Below are positions 37,351 through 51,219 of a DNA stretch of 64,000 nucleotides, one piece after another. The stretch's first letter is position 1. Each line of letters starts with the position of its first letter. Where the stretch lies: the NCBI RefSeq assembly GCF_001194135.2, contig NC_068988.1:3681245-3745244 (forward strand), read 5' to 3'. This DNA is from Octopus bimaculoides. Its lineage: Eukaryota. Position numbers and translations under genes: made by a program. A model generated the notes under the pieces. The model was not told where the DNA came from, made no database searches, and saw only the letters and a list, made by a program, of their open reading frames with translations.

Positions 37351-38460
37351 CATAAAATTCGGATTATTGTCTTTAAATCAGACATGTAAATATGTTCCTC
37401 TAACTTCTATTATTGTACATAACCAGTGAGCCGCTGTGACCAATAAAAGAAATTATCATCATATATAATGAGAAAGGATTTAATAAAAAGTTCTTCGTTA
37501 CTAAGATATGAGAACCCAGGTTATTTCCATGGTAACAAAACATTTTACTTTCTTCTTGAAGGAAGGGAGTGAAACCAATGATTAATAATCGGGACAAAAG
37601 GGGACAAACATCTTTGTTTTACTCTCTGGCATGTTATTTGTTGGGAATTAGGGACAACAAAAAACATACAAAACCCAATAAATTGTGGTGATATTCTCTG
37701 CAATAATCACCAATTTGATATTCTCATCACAGATAAAACCCATCCTATACTATAATCATCTTGACTTCCAATATGACCCGTCAATGGCTAAATGGCTAGT
37801 GATTGTGAAGAAACAAAATGTCCAAGGAACAAAACATAACACTTCTGCTGGGGCTTGAAAATAGAGTACAGTAGGTCAGTAGTATACTGTCCATCTACTT
37901 AACATACATTTGAAGTACGTGACTAAACTGGAAGTAAAATGACAACTAATCTACTATACTATAGCAGAAATATCTCACTTCTTGATACCAGCCACACACC
38001 CACATTATACAGGATCATGTTGTAATCAATTTACTGGGTCTGTTGACTGATTTCAGTCTATTATAAGACATGTTGCTCGGTTTTACTGATTGGTTTGGGC
38101 AGAGTTAACTGCTGCTACTCAACAAAAACAACAATGCTGTCTTTACAATAAAGCCAGAGCTAATTTAATCTAGCATCAACAAAGAGCTAAAGGATTGGAA
38201 GCAACCACTGGTAACTCAGATCAGGCTTTTCACAAAATTAGATTAACTGCATAATATCTATTAACTCTGCTATTATTTATTGATGTTTAAAGGAATTATT
38301 TACCAAATTTCATGGCACAATGCTTTCACCTTTATAACCGGATCATAATTTAGAAAAATACCTCTAGTCTCTGGCATCTTATTCTGTAGATTTACCATAT
38401 CTCTTTAACACTAAATAGACAAATTAGCAATAATGTTCCTCCTCTCACTTCTTGGGTAAC

Positions 38461-38524
<64 letters not shown>

Positions 38525-38642
38525 GAGGCATGCGGTAACTGTGTCCCCTGATCGCTGATTCTTCCATTGTGGTTCTTTTGTGTTTCTTCAACACTCTTTT
38601 TCTCTCAATTATTTCCTCTTCATTTACATCAAACCTATATCA

Positions 38643-38673
<31 letters not shown>

Positions 38674-38711
38674 CATTATTTACCTTTTCTTTTTATTTAT
38701 TCCCCCTGTAG

Positions 38712-38758
<47 letters not shown>

Positions 38759-38996
38759 CATATATATCTATATACATATATATATATATATATCCCCTTT
38801 TCCACAGTTATACACCCATATCTGTATGTGTAATGATAAATGTATGTATCCCTCAGTCAACTCTCTCTCCCTCCCTTTTTCTTTCCCTCTCTCTCTTTCT
38901 GTCTTTCCTAATTCTTCATTTGTAATGTCGCTGTCATCTCAGAAAGTAAATTTTTATTGTTCACTTAGGAAGTTCACTTTTGCATGAAGTTGTGTC

Positions 38997-39033
<37 letters not shown>

Positions 39034-39300
39034 ACATCATGATGTAAACAGCACATATGTGAGAATGTGCTGTGAATAAGGATAAGCTTAAAAGCTGTGC
39101 TAAAGCTGGCTGAAATACTGCAAAACCTTCCAATTATTTACAAGAATTGACGTTAATTTGCTAGGTGTTCCATTAGTTTGCTAAATTCCCTTCTGAGCAA
39201 AGATTTATGTTGAGAAAGTTTAACTCAACTATCTACCATTACATTTCTTTCTTTTATATGTGTGTGTGTGTGCACGCATGTGCATGTATGTGCGTATATA

Positions 39301-39345
<45 letters not shown>

Positions 39346-39407
39346 NNNNNNNNNNNNNNNNNNNNNNNNNNNNNNNNNNNNNNNNNNNNNNNNNNNNNNN
39401 NNNNNNN

Positions 39408-39450
<43 letters not shown>

Positions 39451-39984
39451 AAGTATGTACGTATTTATGTGTATGTGTCTAGTAGGGTTATTTGATTTAT
39501 GGCTGACACACCCAACAACATACACCTACATATACAGAATTAACACACATAGACATATAGCAATAAACACACATACACACACAGCCACCAAGATTTCAAT
39601 AGAAACAGCGGTCAGAAATTTATGGATACTCGACCAGTTTTGCCTTAAAATTTATAACCAAGAAGTCTGCAAGTTGGACCGCTTAGAGTGACTAAACAAA
39701 GGCTGGATTGAATTAATTCTTTGATTTACCAAAAGATGAGTAGCAATAGAGGAGATTTAAAGCCGATTCTATTGAAAACAATTGAAATATAAATTGCTAA
39801 TCATAACAGTCTGTGGAAAGTTTAAATGGTTAAATGGTGAGGATGCAGCAAGCTTAGCAACATAACGAGTATTTACATAATATGAGGCATTAATTAAATT
39901 ATCATAAAATGCCAAATTCTTATGAATATATTTATGCAGTTTGTTATATTTTATCACAAACATTTCTAAGATTATATCCACACC

Positions 39985-40300
39985 AACACTGTAGTTAAAA
40001 TTGCATCAGACTCTGATAATGAATTGTTTTTGCTACTACTGGATATGGCTCTCTTTCCAATATGCACATGGAACGATGCCTCATTACTCATGTAGATTCC
40101 AAGACCCTGCACTGATTTGTGACTCCAGGAACGCAATATGCTTTCATCATCATCTTGTATATTCCAACTGCAAACTGTTTCTAGGCTAGTAATGGAACAC
40201 TTCAAATTTCGATACAATTGAACTGCTTGTTCTTTTCTTCAGCCTACCTGTACAATGCATTTCAATTTCGATGTAGATTTGCAGTACAGCCAGTCATAGA
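39985..40300 (-). mobile_element. CR1/L2-group LINE RT-thumb fragment
   Basis: YR(W)AEEKNKQFN and GLGIYMSNEASFHVHI match the WAxxNxMxFN and DLGIxxSxxxxFxxHI motifs. Confidence 0.7.
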
Positions 40301-40323
40301 CACTGAGTGTATAACTGAAGGCA

Positions 40324-40622
40324 GTGTGAAGGTGCATGGCTTAGCGGTTAGGGGTATTCAGCTCATGATTGTAAGGTCATGAGTTCGATTCATGTTGGCA
40401 CATTGTGTCCTTGAACAAAAAACTTTATTTCTCATCACCCCAGTCCACTTATCAGGCAAAAATGAGTTGTACCTGTAATTCAAAGGGGCCAGCCTTGTCA
40501 CACTTCATGTCACATTGAATATCCCTGAGAAGTACATTAAGGATACATGTGTCTGTGGAGTACTCAGCCACATGCACATTAATTTCATGAGAACTCTTGT
40601 CATTGTAACTGACAGAGTGCCA
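40324..40622 (+). mobile_element. Family A SINE
   Basis: Full head and body similarity. Confidence 0.8.
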
Positions 40623-41080
40623 GTTTTTTTTCATGACTGAATTCATGTCAGAGAGCCACCATTAACAGCCATATTGTCCCACTGCAATTCCCTGAGGCAA
40701 CTCCGCTGTGAACTGATGTCTCTTCAGAGGGAACATTGTTGGCTGGTACTTCCTGACTACACTGCTACCATTTAAAAAAAAGTCAGGCAGTCACTGCTCT
40801 AATTTGTAATGTATCATTCCATGACCAACTTATAATGTAAGTCATCTCAAAGGCAAGATATATCACATCCACATTTAAATGAATACACACACATATATTT
40901 ATGCATACACACACATAGATGGTTGGTTGGTTGGACAGGTAGACATACATAGATAAATTTATATGCATGTGTGTACACATACTTACATTTTTGCACACAC
41001 ACAAACTCACACACATGTGTACACACACAAGCATACATAATTACATTTATATATATATATATATATATAGATGATGATGA

Positions 41081-41129
<49 letters not shown>

Positions 41130-42204
41130 TATATGAACACATTGGAGGACTTATAAATCTGTATAAGCAGAGATCAATAAATGCTATGATTTTCTGTGCA
41201 TTTAGTGATTTTCTCATTGTTAACTCTATGCTTTGTATTTTTCAAAAATAGGCTTACAATCCACTGCCACCCAATTAATGAGATCTAACAGTATGGTAGA
41301 ACATAAATGATACACCTATTACCATTCCCGACTTCTCCCTTGTACTGATCTCTTTTGTTAATATGTAATTTTCTGTCTTTATAACCTCGTTCCTCTGCAT
41401 CATTTTCGATGATTTTTCCAAGAATATAATGATCTCACTCGACTCTCGTTTGTTTACCAAACCTTCATCCTAACATTCCACTCATCTCTCCGTTTCTTAG
41501 TTCCCACTAATTTCTATGAAAATAACAATATTCAGGATTATTATATTTTAGTTCCTACTTGATTAATTCACCTGCTGTTGTCGTTATGACAATCTTGACC
41601 ATTTTTCTGATCTTTCCTTTTGTCAAAGGAATTGATATTTGCACCATCCTTTTGCCAACTTCCAAGAAGCAGATAACTTGCTTCATTATAAACATGGAAT
41701 GCAAATATCTCTACAAGAGCAATTACACTGAATTAACATGGATTTAGGTCACAGAGAGCCTTTACATCTACAAGATGGCTTCTCTAGTGTCACTGACATG
41801 ATGAGAACATCAGGTTCACTTTCTTTGTGTTTGATAAGAACATTTAGTTGTAAATCTCTCCTTATTAATCCTGTAACACAGTTCTTAAAAGTAGAAATAT
41901 GTTAGGAATTGTCAGAGCACTTACCAAACAATCAAATTTAACCTTGCTCTGCTGGATTCCATTTAATATTTTATCATTTTGAATTTAGAGGTTACCACTG
42001 AAAAGAATTTTCATTAACACTAATGACTGTTTTTCTTTCATTTCATTATGTTAGTAATTTTTGATTTATTAGAAATGTTTGTCAGCTCAGCCTATTGAGA
42101 GTTGTGGCTCCCACTGAAGTATGTATTAAATTGTATCTCCATTAACAGCACTGGTACTTGTTTATTCTTTTATTTGTTTATTCTTTTATTTGTTTATTCT
42201 TTTA

Positions 42205-42545
42205 TTTGTTTCAGTTGACTGTGGCCATGCTGGAGCACATCCGTTAGTTGAACAAATTGAACCCAGGACTTATTCTAACGGTCCCTTTTGCCGAACCACT
42301 AAGTTACAGGGACATAAACACACCAACATTGGTTGTCAAGCGATCATGGAGGGACAAACACAGACACACAAATACACATACACATGATGGGCTTCTTTCA
42401 GTTTCCGTCTACCAAATCCACTCACAAGGCTTTGGTCAGCTTGACGCTATAGTAGAAGACACTTGTGCAAGTTGCCATGCAGTGGGATTGTACCCGGAAC
42501 CATGTTGTTGGGAAGCAAGCTTCTTACCATACAGCCACTCCTGTG
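42205..42545 (-). mobile_element. Family C SINE with a triplicated 16-bp tail unit (42160-42210)
   Basis: Reverse-complement match to the C consensus; (TTGTTTATTCTTTTAT)x3. Confidence 0.8.
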
Positions 42546-42762
42546 TCTATAGTCAGCATTGTGTTACATAGATATATTTTCCTAGAAATACAACATCAGC
42601 TTGTTATAATAATAATGAAAATGATAACTATTTATTATCAATTAGTAACATTTCAGTTGTACCAGGACGCCAAAATAATTGCCAAAGATGTAACTGAAGA
42701 GAGAAAACTCTTTCTCTATACCCCACCATTTAATGGTATATGTTTAATAACTGGTAAATATT

Positions 42763-42976
42763 CTTTTATACTTTAGGTACAAGGCCCGAAATTTTGGGAG
42801 AGGGGACCAGTTGATTAGACTGACCCCAGTATGCAACTGGTACTTAATTTATCGAAACTGAAAGGATGAAAGGCAAGGTCAACCTTGGCGGAATTTGATC
42901 TTGGAACGTAAAGACAGACGAAATACCGCTAAGCATTTCACCCGGCGTGCTAATGTTTCTGCCAGCTTGCTGCCTT
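42763..42976 (-). mobile_element. Family B SINE with 16-bp target-site duplication
   Basis: ATAACTGGTAAATATT at 42747-42762 and 42977-42992. Confidence 0.9.
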
Positions 42977-43244
42977 ATAACTGGTAAATATTAACAATAC
43001 TCTAACTAATTAACCAATGAAAATCATAGTTACAATGTCATGACCATCACCATTGACTTTTGTACAATCCATCACTGAATATCACCTATCCAACCCTACA
43101 AATTAAAAAGATTAATTGATTAATAGTTGTCTTTCTATACAATTACATCCCTCTGATGCTCCTACCAAAATTGGTAATTTTGGAACCAAATTCCTGTCTG
43201 TTCATTTCATTCAATTATATTTTATAATTCACATTAAACTTAAA

Positions 43245-43455
43245 AGCAAGCTGGCAAGAATCATTAGAATGCTAGGCAAAACACTGAGTGGCATTCCTCC
43301 ATCTGTACATTCTAAGTTCAAAGTCTACCGAGGTTGACTGCATTTCATCCCTTTGGGATTGATAAAATAAGTACCAGTTGAATATTGAGGTTAATGTAAT
43401 TGACTTCACCCTCTCCTGAGATTGCTGGTCTTGTGCCAAAATTTGAAAGCATATT
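43245..43455 (+). mobile_element. Family B SINE
   Basis: AGCAAGCTGGCAAGAATC..GTACCAGTTG..GTGCCAAAATTTGAAA. Confidence 0.75.
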
Positions 43456-44189
43456 AAACATAAAACAACATTCCAAAAGCATGAGTCTCAGTAGGTCTTT
43501 AACAAAAACAAATGGCCAGGGCCATGCCTTTCCCTGTTTGGATTAATTTAATAAATCAAACTTGCAGGATCAATATTTCAATTTTTTCCCCTCCTTGAAA
43601 TTTCAGATGAGTAAAACCATGAAGAGAGAAGAATTTGGAATTGTAATTGGAATTAAATTCAATGAAAAAAAAAAGCACAAGAAATGTTCCATCATGGACA
43701 AGTGAATCTCAGTTTCTTTTCAATTAATTTTTCTTTTAAGAACAATTTTCAATTTCCAAATAAAAATTCTTTCATGAAATAATAATAATAATAACAACAA
43801 TAATATTTTCTCTACTTTTTGTTTAAGAAAGCATCTGCTTTATACAAATTTCTGAGGAAAATGTTTAAAAGCCCTGGAAATGAAATTCCAAAGTCAAAAT
43901 TTAATAAAAATATCTTGCATAGGAGCAAAAGGATCTGAAGATCATTAAAAGGATGACAGAAAATACAATAACCATGGTGACATATTTGTTTTTAATGGTT
44001 TCACCTGAAAGGGAAGGGCAATGTTCTTTATTCTGAAGGAGACTCTGAGACTAATGCGGAGAAAATAAAGTAAAAAACATAATTGATAGTTCATTCTCAG
44101 ATTGAAAAGCTGGATATAAGGCTTATAAAAGCGCAGATTCAGTTAAATGTACCCAAGAACCAGATAATAATTTTAAACCAAGCCAATGG

Positions 44190-44745
44190 ATTATGTCTAC
44201 CCCTGAGAACAGGTACAGTCACAGCTGATGAGCTTACATGCCACCTGCACGGGAGTACGTAAAAAGCATCATCCAAACGTGGCTGATGCCAGTGACCCCT
44301 GACTGGCTCCTGTGCCAGTGGCATATAAAAAGTACCATCCAAACATGGCCGATACTAGTGCCCCCTGACTGGCGCTTGTGCTGGTGACATGTAAAAAGCA
44401 CCCACTACACTCTGAGAGTGGTTGGCGTTAGGAAGGGCATCCCATGGGCATATGGCTTAATGGTTAAGAGCACAGGCTACTAACCCAAAGATTCCGAGTT
44501 TGATTCCAGGCAGGGACCTGAATAATAATAATAACAACATTGAAAAATACCTTAGGAATGAGAACCCAGGTTCAAAATTTCCCCAAGACACCTGATGAAG
44601 GCTGGAGGGTATATCAGTCAAAACGTTGGGTTAATAACAAACAAGATGAGGACAAAATCCGTCAAAATGTAAATAATGTACTTAGTCAAACCATCCAACC
44701 CATGCCAGCATGAAAAGCGGAAGTTAAACGATGATGATGATGAGA
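44190..44745 (+). mobile_element. Family D (RTE 3' UTR with tandem units) interrupted by a family E element
   Basis: D sequence runs to ..GGAAGGGCATCC (44442) and resumes at TAGTCAAACCATCCAACC (~44682). Confidence 0.8.
44443..44680 (+). mobile_element. Family E tRNA-head/hammerhead element
   Basis: GGCTTAATGGTTAAGAGC..GAGTTTGATTCC head; HHR GACAC-CTGATGA-A-GGCTG-GAGGGTATAT-CAGTC-AAA-ACGT-T-GGGTT at 44587-44632. Confidence 0.85.
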
Positions 44746-45699
44746 TTTCACTATAAAAGCTTGGATCAACCCAACGCTATGGCGGAATCAATTTTGCCAA
44801 AGGTGCTGTAGTTTGTGATCGAACCAACACACCATTCTTAAACATACAGTCATACCCTAGTCACATTATCTTGATTCTAGCCAAAACTGGTGATGTCTTG
44901 TTTTTTCCTTTTGTTTTTTTTTTTGTTTTTTTGTATCCAAAGCAGAAATCCTGAAGATGTCATAGATTAGTCAATGACATCTCAGCTAGTTTTCAGATGA
45001 ATATCTGAAAAATTCTAAAGAATTAGAAAACTCCTGCAGGATATTTGAGTTCACTAACTTTAACATCTAAATAACTTTATTTTCTCCAAAGCTAAACAAA
45101 AAAAAATTACATAGGTTTATATTCATGCATCTACATAAATTTATTATGCATATAGTTTGGCAAAATTAATTCTAGAGGAAATTTTCCAAACTATTAACCC
45201 CTTATTCAGAGCTTCTATTAACAAATTTCAATTGGTTTGATCTCTAATCATCGTTAGGTATCACCTTTGAAGTTAATAGTTCAAAAGTTTTAATTATTCT
45301 AGAAACATCTTCTAGAAAATTATAATCACTTATTTTATTGTTTTACATTTAATTTTCTAAGACAAATTAAGTTGGATTTTATTTTGTTTTAGTTTTTGAA
45401 CTCAGATATGGAACCAGAGCAACTTCTTTCACAGCTGGATACTTTTCTGTTTTTTCTTTTACTATGTTACATCCAATTTCCCCTGCTGGAATGGTTAGCA
45501 CCATTTTTTATACATTTCTACTGTTTCACAGTCTTAGAATAATCATATTAAAAATAATCTTTCTAACACTGACCGCTCAGCTGTGAAATAGAAGAAAAAC
45601 CTGTGGACAGTCTGTTCACTAGACTAAAGTGTGTGGGCAGAGTTTCCTCTTCATAAGAAGTATAATGCACTGACTAAATACTACTATTACTACTACTGC

Positions 45700-45734
<35 letters not shown>

Positions 45735-45892
45735 TGTGGTATGAACACAAACTGTAGTGTCAGTCAGAGACTAGCAAAATCCTCTGGGATCTCCCTATCC
45801 AAACAGGTCACATGCTAGAGCATAACAGACCGGACCTAATGGAGGTGTTGCAGGTGATGGACTAGAAATTTGACTCAAACTACAAAATGCTG
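45735..45892 (+). mobile_element. R4/Dong-clade fragment between two (TAA)n arrays
   Basis: WYEHK..SKILWDLPIQTGHMLEHNRPDL. (TAA)n at ~45700-45733 and 45893-45938. Confidence 0.75.
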
Positions 45893-45938
<46 letters not shown>

Positions 45939-46279
45939 GGTCCTTCGGGCAGTATCAGAAAGCATCGTGCAGGAAATATAAAGTAAATCAGAATAGAGTA
46001 CTAGAGTACTCAGTAAAACTGTTACAAAAGGTTTTCCTCCAATACAAATCAGGGGAGTGTTAGTTGAAAAGAGCACGTAACATGGTACTTTAGACTGTAT
46101 GCAAAACTCTAGGAGCTTTTGCATGTCTTTTGCATTCAAGGACAATGTTTCACTAAAATATAACATTGCTATTCATATACATGCATCATACAATCTTCCT
46201 TTCACTTAGAGAGAGAGAGACATTTTGTTGCTAACAGAGGTAAGAGTTCTCTGAATTTTCTCCACCTTATTCTTATTCT

Positions 46280-46710
46280 AGGGCTTCTTTCAGTTTCAGT
46301 CTTCCACATCCAAACATGAGGCTTTGGGCTTTGTGCAGAGAACACTTGCTCAAGGTGACACACATACACACAATAGGGTTGAACCCAAAATCTTGTTGCT
46401 AGGAAAGTAATTTCTTAACCAAACAGCTTTGCCAAATAGAAAACAACGTTCATCCCCCATATTCAGCGAAAGAGGAAGCTGGAACTAATAGAATTGGCAA
46501 AATTAGTAGACACAATGCAAAATGCCTTGCAGTATTTAGTCCATCAGTTATATTTTGGCTTCAAATCCCTCTTTGATTTGCCTTTTATCCTTTGGAATGG
46601 ATCAATAAAATATCAGTGGAGTCGATGTAATAGAGCATACCCCCTCCCCACACACACACACACTCACAGGCTAAAATCTGTAGCTTTGTGCTAATGTTAG
46701 GAATCAATAT
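46280..46710. mobile_element. Decayed family C (minus) and family B (plus) SINE fragments
   Basis: CTTCTTTCAGTTTC..GAACCC; GGAAGCTGG..TTTGCCTTTTATCC..GTCGATGTAAT. Confidence 0.5.
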
Positions 46711-47723
46711 CTGTGAAAATAACATCTTTGGTTGATTTAATTTAAATATTTTTATCAACGCATGTTATTCTCCATTGAGTCTCCCTGTTTGATAAAATGG
46801 AAACCACTTAAAAACAGAACCACTTAAAACATAAAGGATAGATTCTTTAGACTCTCTCAGAAACAACAGATTCTGAGAGCAATGATAGAATATTGAACTA
46901 AATGTCCTTCCGATATTTAATTACAACTTTCTATTTATATCTTCAAATAACTTAGGGTTTCACTTTGCTTCTTCCATTATTTCTTATTTTTATCTGGTAG
47001 GATTTGATTCCATTGATTATAGATCTGTTCTACAAATTTGGAGAATTTGTACCAATACTAGAACAGAAATCAATATGAAGATGTAATTCTTGCTATGGAG
47101 TAATTAGTGAATATCATGCTATGCTTAACAAAACCTGTCCATTATCTCATCTGCCTCGTTCTTTCCAATAGGCCCCTGCAATGGCTTTGCTAGAATTCTT
47201 ATGCACTTTCTGATTGCCCAAACATATCAAAATGCAGTCTTTAAAAATATCATAGCATTTCTCATTATTGGTTTTTCTATACCAAACATAAGCAATTATT
47301 TTGTAGCAGCAGACTCAATCTTAAACTAGGCCATGGGTTGACAATATAATAAACGTAGTTACAGAACCCAACCTCTATTACACGAAGTCATCATCACCAT
47401 CATCATCATCGTTTAACGTCCGCTTTCCATGCTAGCATGGGTTGGACGAAGTAAACCTTAAAAATATGTTTGAGAAAAGCATGAGTGAACAAGAGTGGGA
47501 CATAAACAAAATAGCAAACAAAGCTGGAAGTAAAACTCATGTTACAAATTTTTATAAAATCTGATGATTATGTAATCCTGACTTTTCGTATACTTTATAT
47601 ATATATATATATATATACATACACATATGAGTATCAATATTCCTACATGGTACGCTTGGAGAACTGTAAAGAGCTCTTACATGAAACCATTGGTAGCCTT
47701 GTTAACCCACAAATAGAGTGTGC

Positions 47724-47797
<74 letters not shown>

Positions 47798-47827
47798 CAT
47801 GGAAGGTGGACTTTAAACGATGATGAT

Positions 47828-48075
47828 GATGGCTTTCATGGCTTCTGACCTTAACTGGTTGGAAGTGTTATGTACATGTTTTGTCTTAGTGTAAATGACG
47901 GGCTACAGCAAATATTCTGCTCAATGCCACAGATTTGCTTGTCAGTTGTTTGACCTTAACCAATTGAGCACGTCTCTTAGTGGCTGACGATATGTGCATC
48001 TCTGATCATGAGCAGAAGTAGTGGGGGAGCATCATAACCATGTGTTGAGAGGAATTCTTTGGGGTTTGAATCATT
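47828..48075 (+). mobile_element. Unclassified interspersed repeat (family F)
   Basis: Shares ~250 bp with 51410-51620 (CAGCAAAT.TTCTGCTCAAT..GTGGCTGACGATATGTG). Confidence 0.75.
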
Positions 48076-49253
48076 TCTTCTGAATCAGGAACTGACAAGG
48101 AGCAGATGGCTGTTTCGTACCTTCACAATGGCTCCTGGGAAGGGAGAGAAGTTTGGTGGTGAACAACTGTCAGGATCATTTAAAAGCCAGGGGCTTTTTT
48201 GTTTGCTTGTTTTTTTAATGGAAGTTTTAAACAGGAGGATCTGAATAAACCATTAAAATGGAAATGTAAGACATCTGGAATATTAGCAGAGAAAAGTAAT
48301 AACATGATTTGTAACTACTTGAGAAAATTGAGTAATTTACAAAGGTTACAGAGTTTGAAATGTGCAAAGTTATTAATATTGAACTGTGTCTGTATGAGAC
48401 AAGAACTACTGATATCATTGTATACAATATAGGAAAACGAGTATTTGTTAAATCCATAATAACAATAACAACAGTAACATATAAATAAAACAGTGAAGAG
48501 CAAGAGAAGAATGCAGAGAAGGGGAGGAGTAGCATCAAGAAAGAATGAGATGACCTGGTCTACAAGGCACTCAAAATGTTCGTATAATATCAGTGAGGTA
48601 AGTTAATTTCCATTAAGATCTTTCAAAGCTGACATAGAGTTTCTCTTGTGTCTGTTGCTCTCATTGAAATTGAGTGACATTGACACAGCAGCTTCTCTCC
48701 AAACTCACTTAATGGAGATTAAATCTTTATTCAGTTGTGTTTTTTTTTGTTTGTTTGTTTTTTTTATTCTTTGTTCTGTGTTGAATAGTAACTTTAGATT
48801 AATTCTAACTTGGATTAAATAATAATTTGAACTTTAAGATGTTTTCTACCAAACTCTCAGTAACTAATATTATAATTCTTCTAATGGTAAAATTCAAAAT
48901 CCAACAAATTTATTGTCGTTGGTCACCAGCAGCAACAAATAATCCAGTGGTGAAAAAAAAAAACAAAAAAAAAACAAATGTAATCCAACTAAATACAAAG
49001 TTAATATGTAGATGAAAAAGCAAAAACCATTGATATATGTTTTTTTTTTACTTTCATTTGCAACATTTATTTTTATTAATTTTTTCCAAACATTTACCTT
49101 TTTTATTTCTATAGTTCTCTTAACCATGGTTGTTGTGACCTCACTATTAAACAGCAGTTCCCCAACTAACACAACAACAGTAATATATCATCATTTAACG
49201 TCCATGTTCCAAGCTGACATGGGTTGGACTGACATAATATTCCAATAAATATT

Positions 49254-49465
49254 GTTTTCAAATTTTGTTACAAGGCCAGCAATTTCGGGTTGTGGGGGGA
49301 CAGGTAAGTGGATTAAATTGACCCCAGCATCCAACTGGTACTTGTTCTATTGACCCCTGAAGAGATGAAGGGCAAAGTCAGAATTTGAACTCAGAATGGG
49401 AAGAAGAGTGAAAAGCTGCTAAGCATTTTGCCCAGCATGCTAACGATTCTGCCAGCTCGTTGCCT
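49254..49465 (-). mobile_element. Family B SINE with ~19-bp target-site duplication
   Basis: TAATATTCCAATAAATATT at 49235-49253 and 49466-49484. Confidence 0.9.
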
Positions 49466-49649
49466 TAATATTCCAATAAATATTCCCCCAGATCTACGAC
49501 CAGTATTGCTCAATATCATGACAAGTGTAAAGACTAACTTTGGGGTTCTTGTAGCAGCTGTGAGGGACAATGTACAGTATTGTTCTATGAGCCATTAATT
49601 GAGATATTGACCAATAATCCAGAATCTTAACAATATCTTCTATGCTATA

Positions 49650-49863
49650 AAAGGGGCAAGCTGGTAGAAACGTTAGAACGCTGGGTGAAATACTTAGTGG
49701 TACTTCGTCTGTTGTTACGTTCTAAGTTCAAATTCCGCCAAGGTCGACTTTGCATTTCATCTTTTCGGGGTCGATAAATTAAGTACCAGTTGCGTACTGG
49801 GGTAGATCTAATCGACTGACCCCCTCCCCAAAACTTTCGGGCCTTGTGCTTAGAGTAGAAAAG
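49650..49863 (+). mobile_element. Family B SINE with probable 12-bp TSD
   Basis: AATATCTTCTAT at 49632-49643 and 49864-49875. Confidence 0.85.
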
Positions 49864-50094
49864 AATATCTTCTATACTCTACATTACTAAAGAAAGAAAA
49901 AACAGATGTTGCTACCTCAATGAAATAGGAAAGTTCTGTAAAAGAGGAGCTCAAGAATTGATGGAATTTGACGGAATATACCATCGTGTGGTGTATCCGT
50001 GTATCTATTCTGCAGCAAGACACCCATAGCTATCTCCCCGCAATATCTCAACTGATACAAGGCAACAACCTGCTCAATACTACTTCTTACCTCC

Positions 50095-50400
50095 CAGCTG
50101 AGGGGCTCTTGTCTTGCAAGGTATTTGGTGATCCTTTTGTGGCTGGGGTCACGTAAACGACACTGGTGATGGTTCCACAAAAGAAGCACTACAAAAAGAC
50201 TCTGGTGATTGGTGCCACTTAAAAAGCCATACAGTCTCTGTGAAGTGGTTGGTGCTAAAAAGGGTGTCCAGCTGTAGAAACCATGCCAAAACAGACAGTG
50301 GAACCTGATGTGGCCCATGGCCTTGCCAATTCTTGCCAAACAACCCAACCAATACAAGTATGGAGAATGGACATTGAATGATGATGGGTTTAACATCCAG
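50095..50400 (+). mobile_element. Family D variant (RTE tail)
   Basis: GTGGTTGGTGCTAAAAAGGGTGTCCAGCTGTAGAAACC..GGACATTGAATGATGATG. Confidence 0.6.
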
Positions 50401-51219
50401 AAAATTAATCTTATGGTATTGTTTTACCCCATTTGCAATACCATCACTACTATTTCTTCTGCAGCAAGCAATTGTGGCAGGTTTTTGATGTGATGATAGC
50501 ATTTTTGTACAAGTGGCAGAGCCCCTAAAAAGGTTTAAATGAGACTGCTCATCCTACTCTGGAAAAATCACGAAAACAAAACAAGAATCCAGGAATCCTA
50601 AAGATGAAACGAATACTACAAGACATGTAGTCAAACACTGATGCCAACACATTGCCACTGAAGATAGAAAACATTCATTTTTATGAAGGTGGTGCTATGC
50701 CTCAAGAGATTGTTATGAAGTAACATTATCTTAAAACAGTTTGTCTTGTTCATAATTTTATTAGCATTACATCTCCAAATTGTGTTGATATATCAACATT
50801 AGTTACATGAAAAATAACCTCATAATATGTTGCTATTATTATTGGCATAAAGATATAGTTTGGCTTGGCCAATAACAACACATCTCAAAACTATAACAAT
50901 AATAAAACCCATAAAAATATTAATTTTTGCCAAATACACACAGGAAGTTTGTTGGCTGTTTTTCTTTTCTTTTCTTTTGTTTGCTTTGTTCTTAGCCAAT
51001 CTTACATTAATAGAGTTTGATACAAAACTCTATCCATAGGATGGAGCAACTTTTACAAATCCTCTTTATCAGTATGTTGTTGTTATCATTGTTGGTATTT
51101 TATATAAACGATAGATTTTAACATGAGTTATACAAAAGATTTCAAGGAAACATGATAATGAAATAATAATGACGACGATGACAATGATGAAGATTATGAT
51201 GATGATGATGATAATAATA

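Noticed and set aside
41275-41520. Purine-rich minus-strand frame DHYILGKIIENDAEERGYKDRK
   Set aside because: In-frame stop upstream, no pyrimidine tract, and no homology recognised.
41921-41997. Minus-strand cag|..TTG|gtaagt exon-like segment
   Set aside because: Stops in all three frames.
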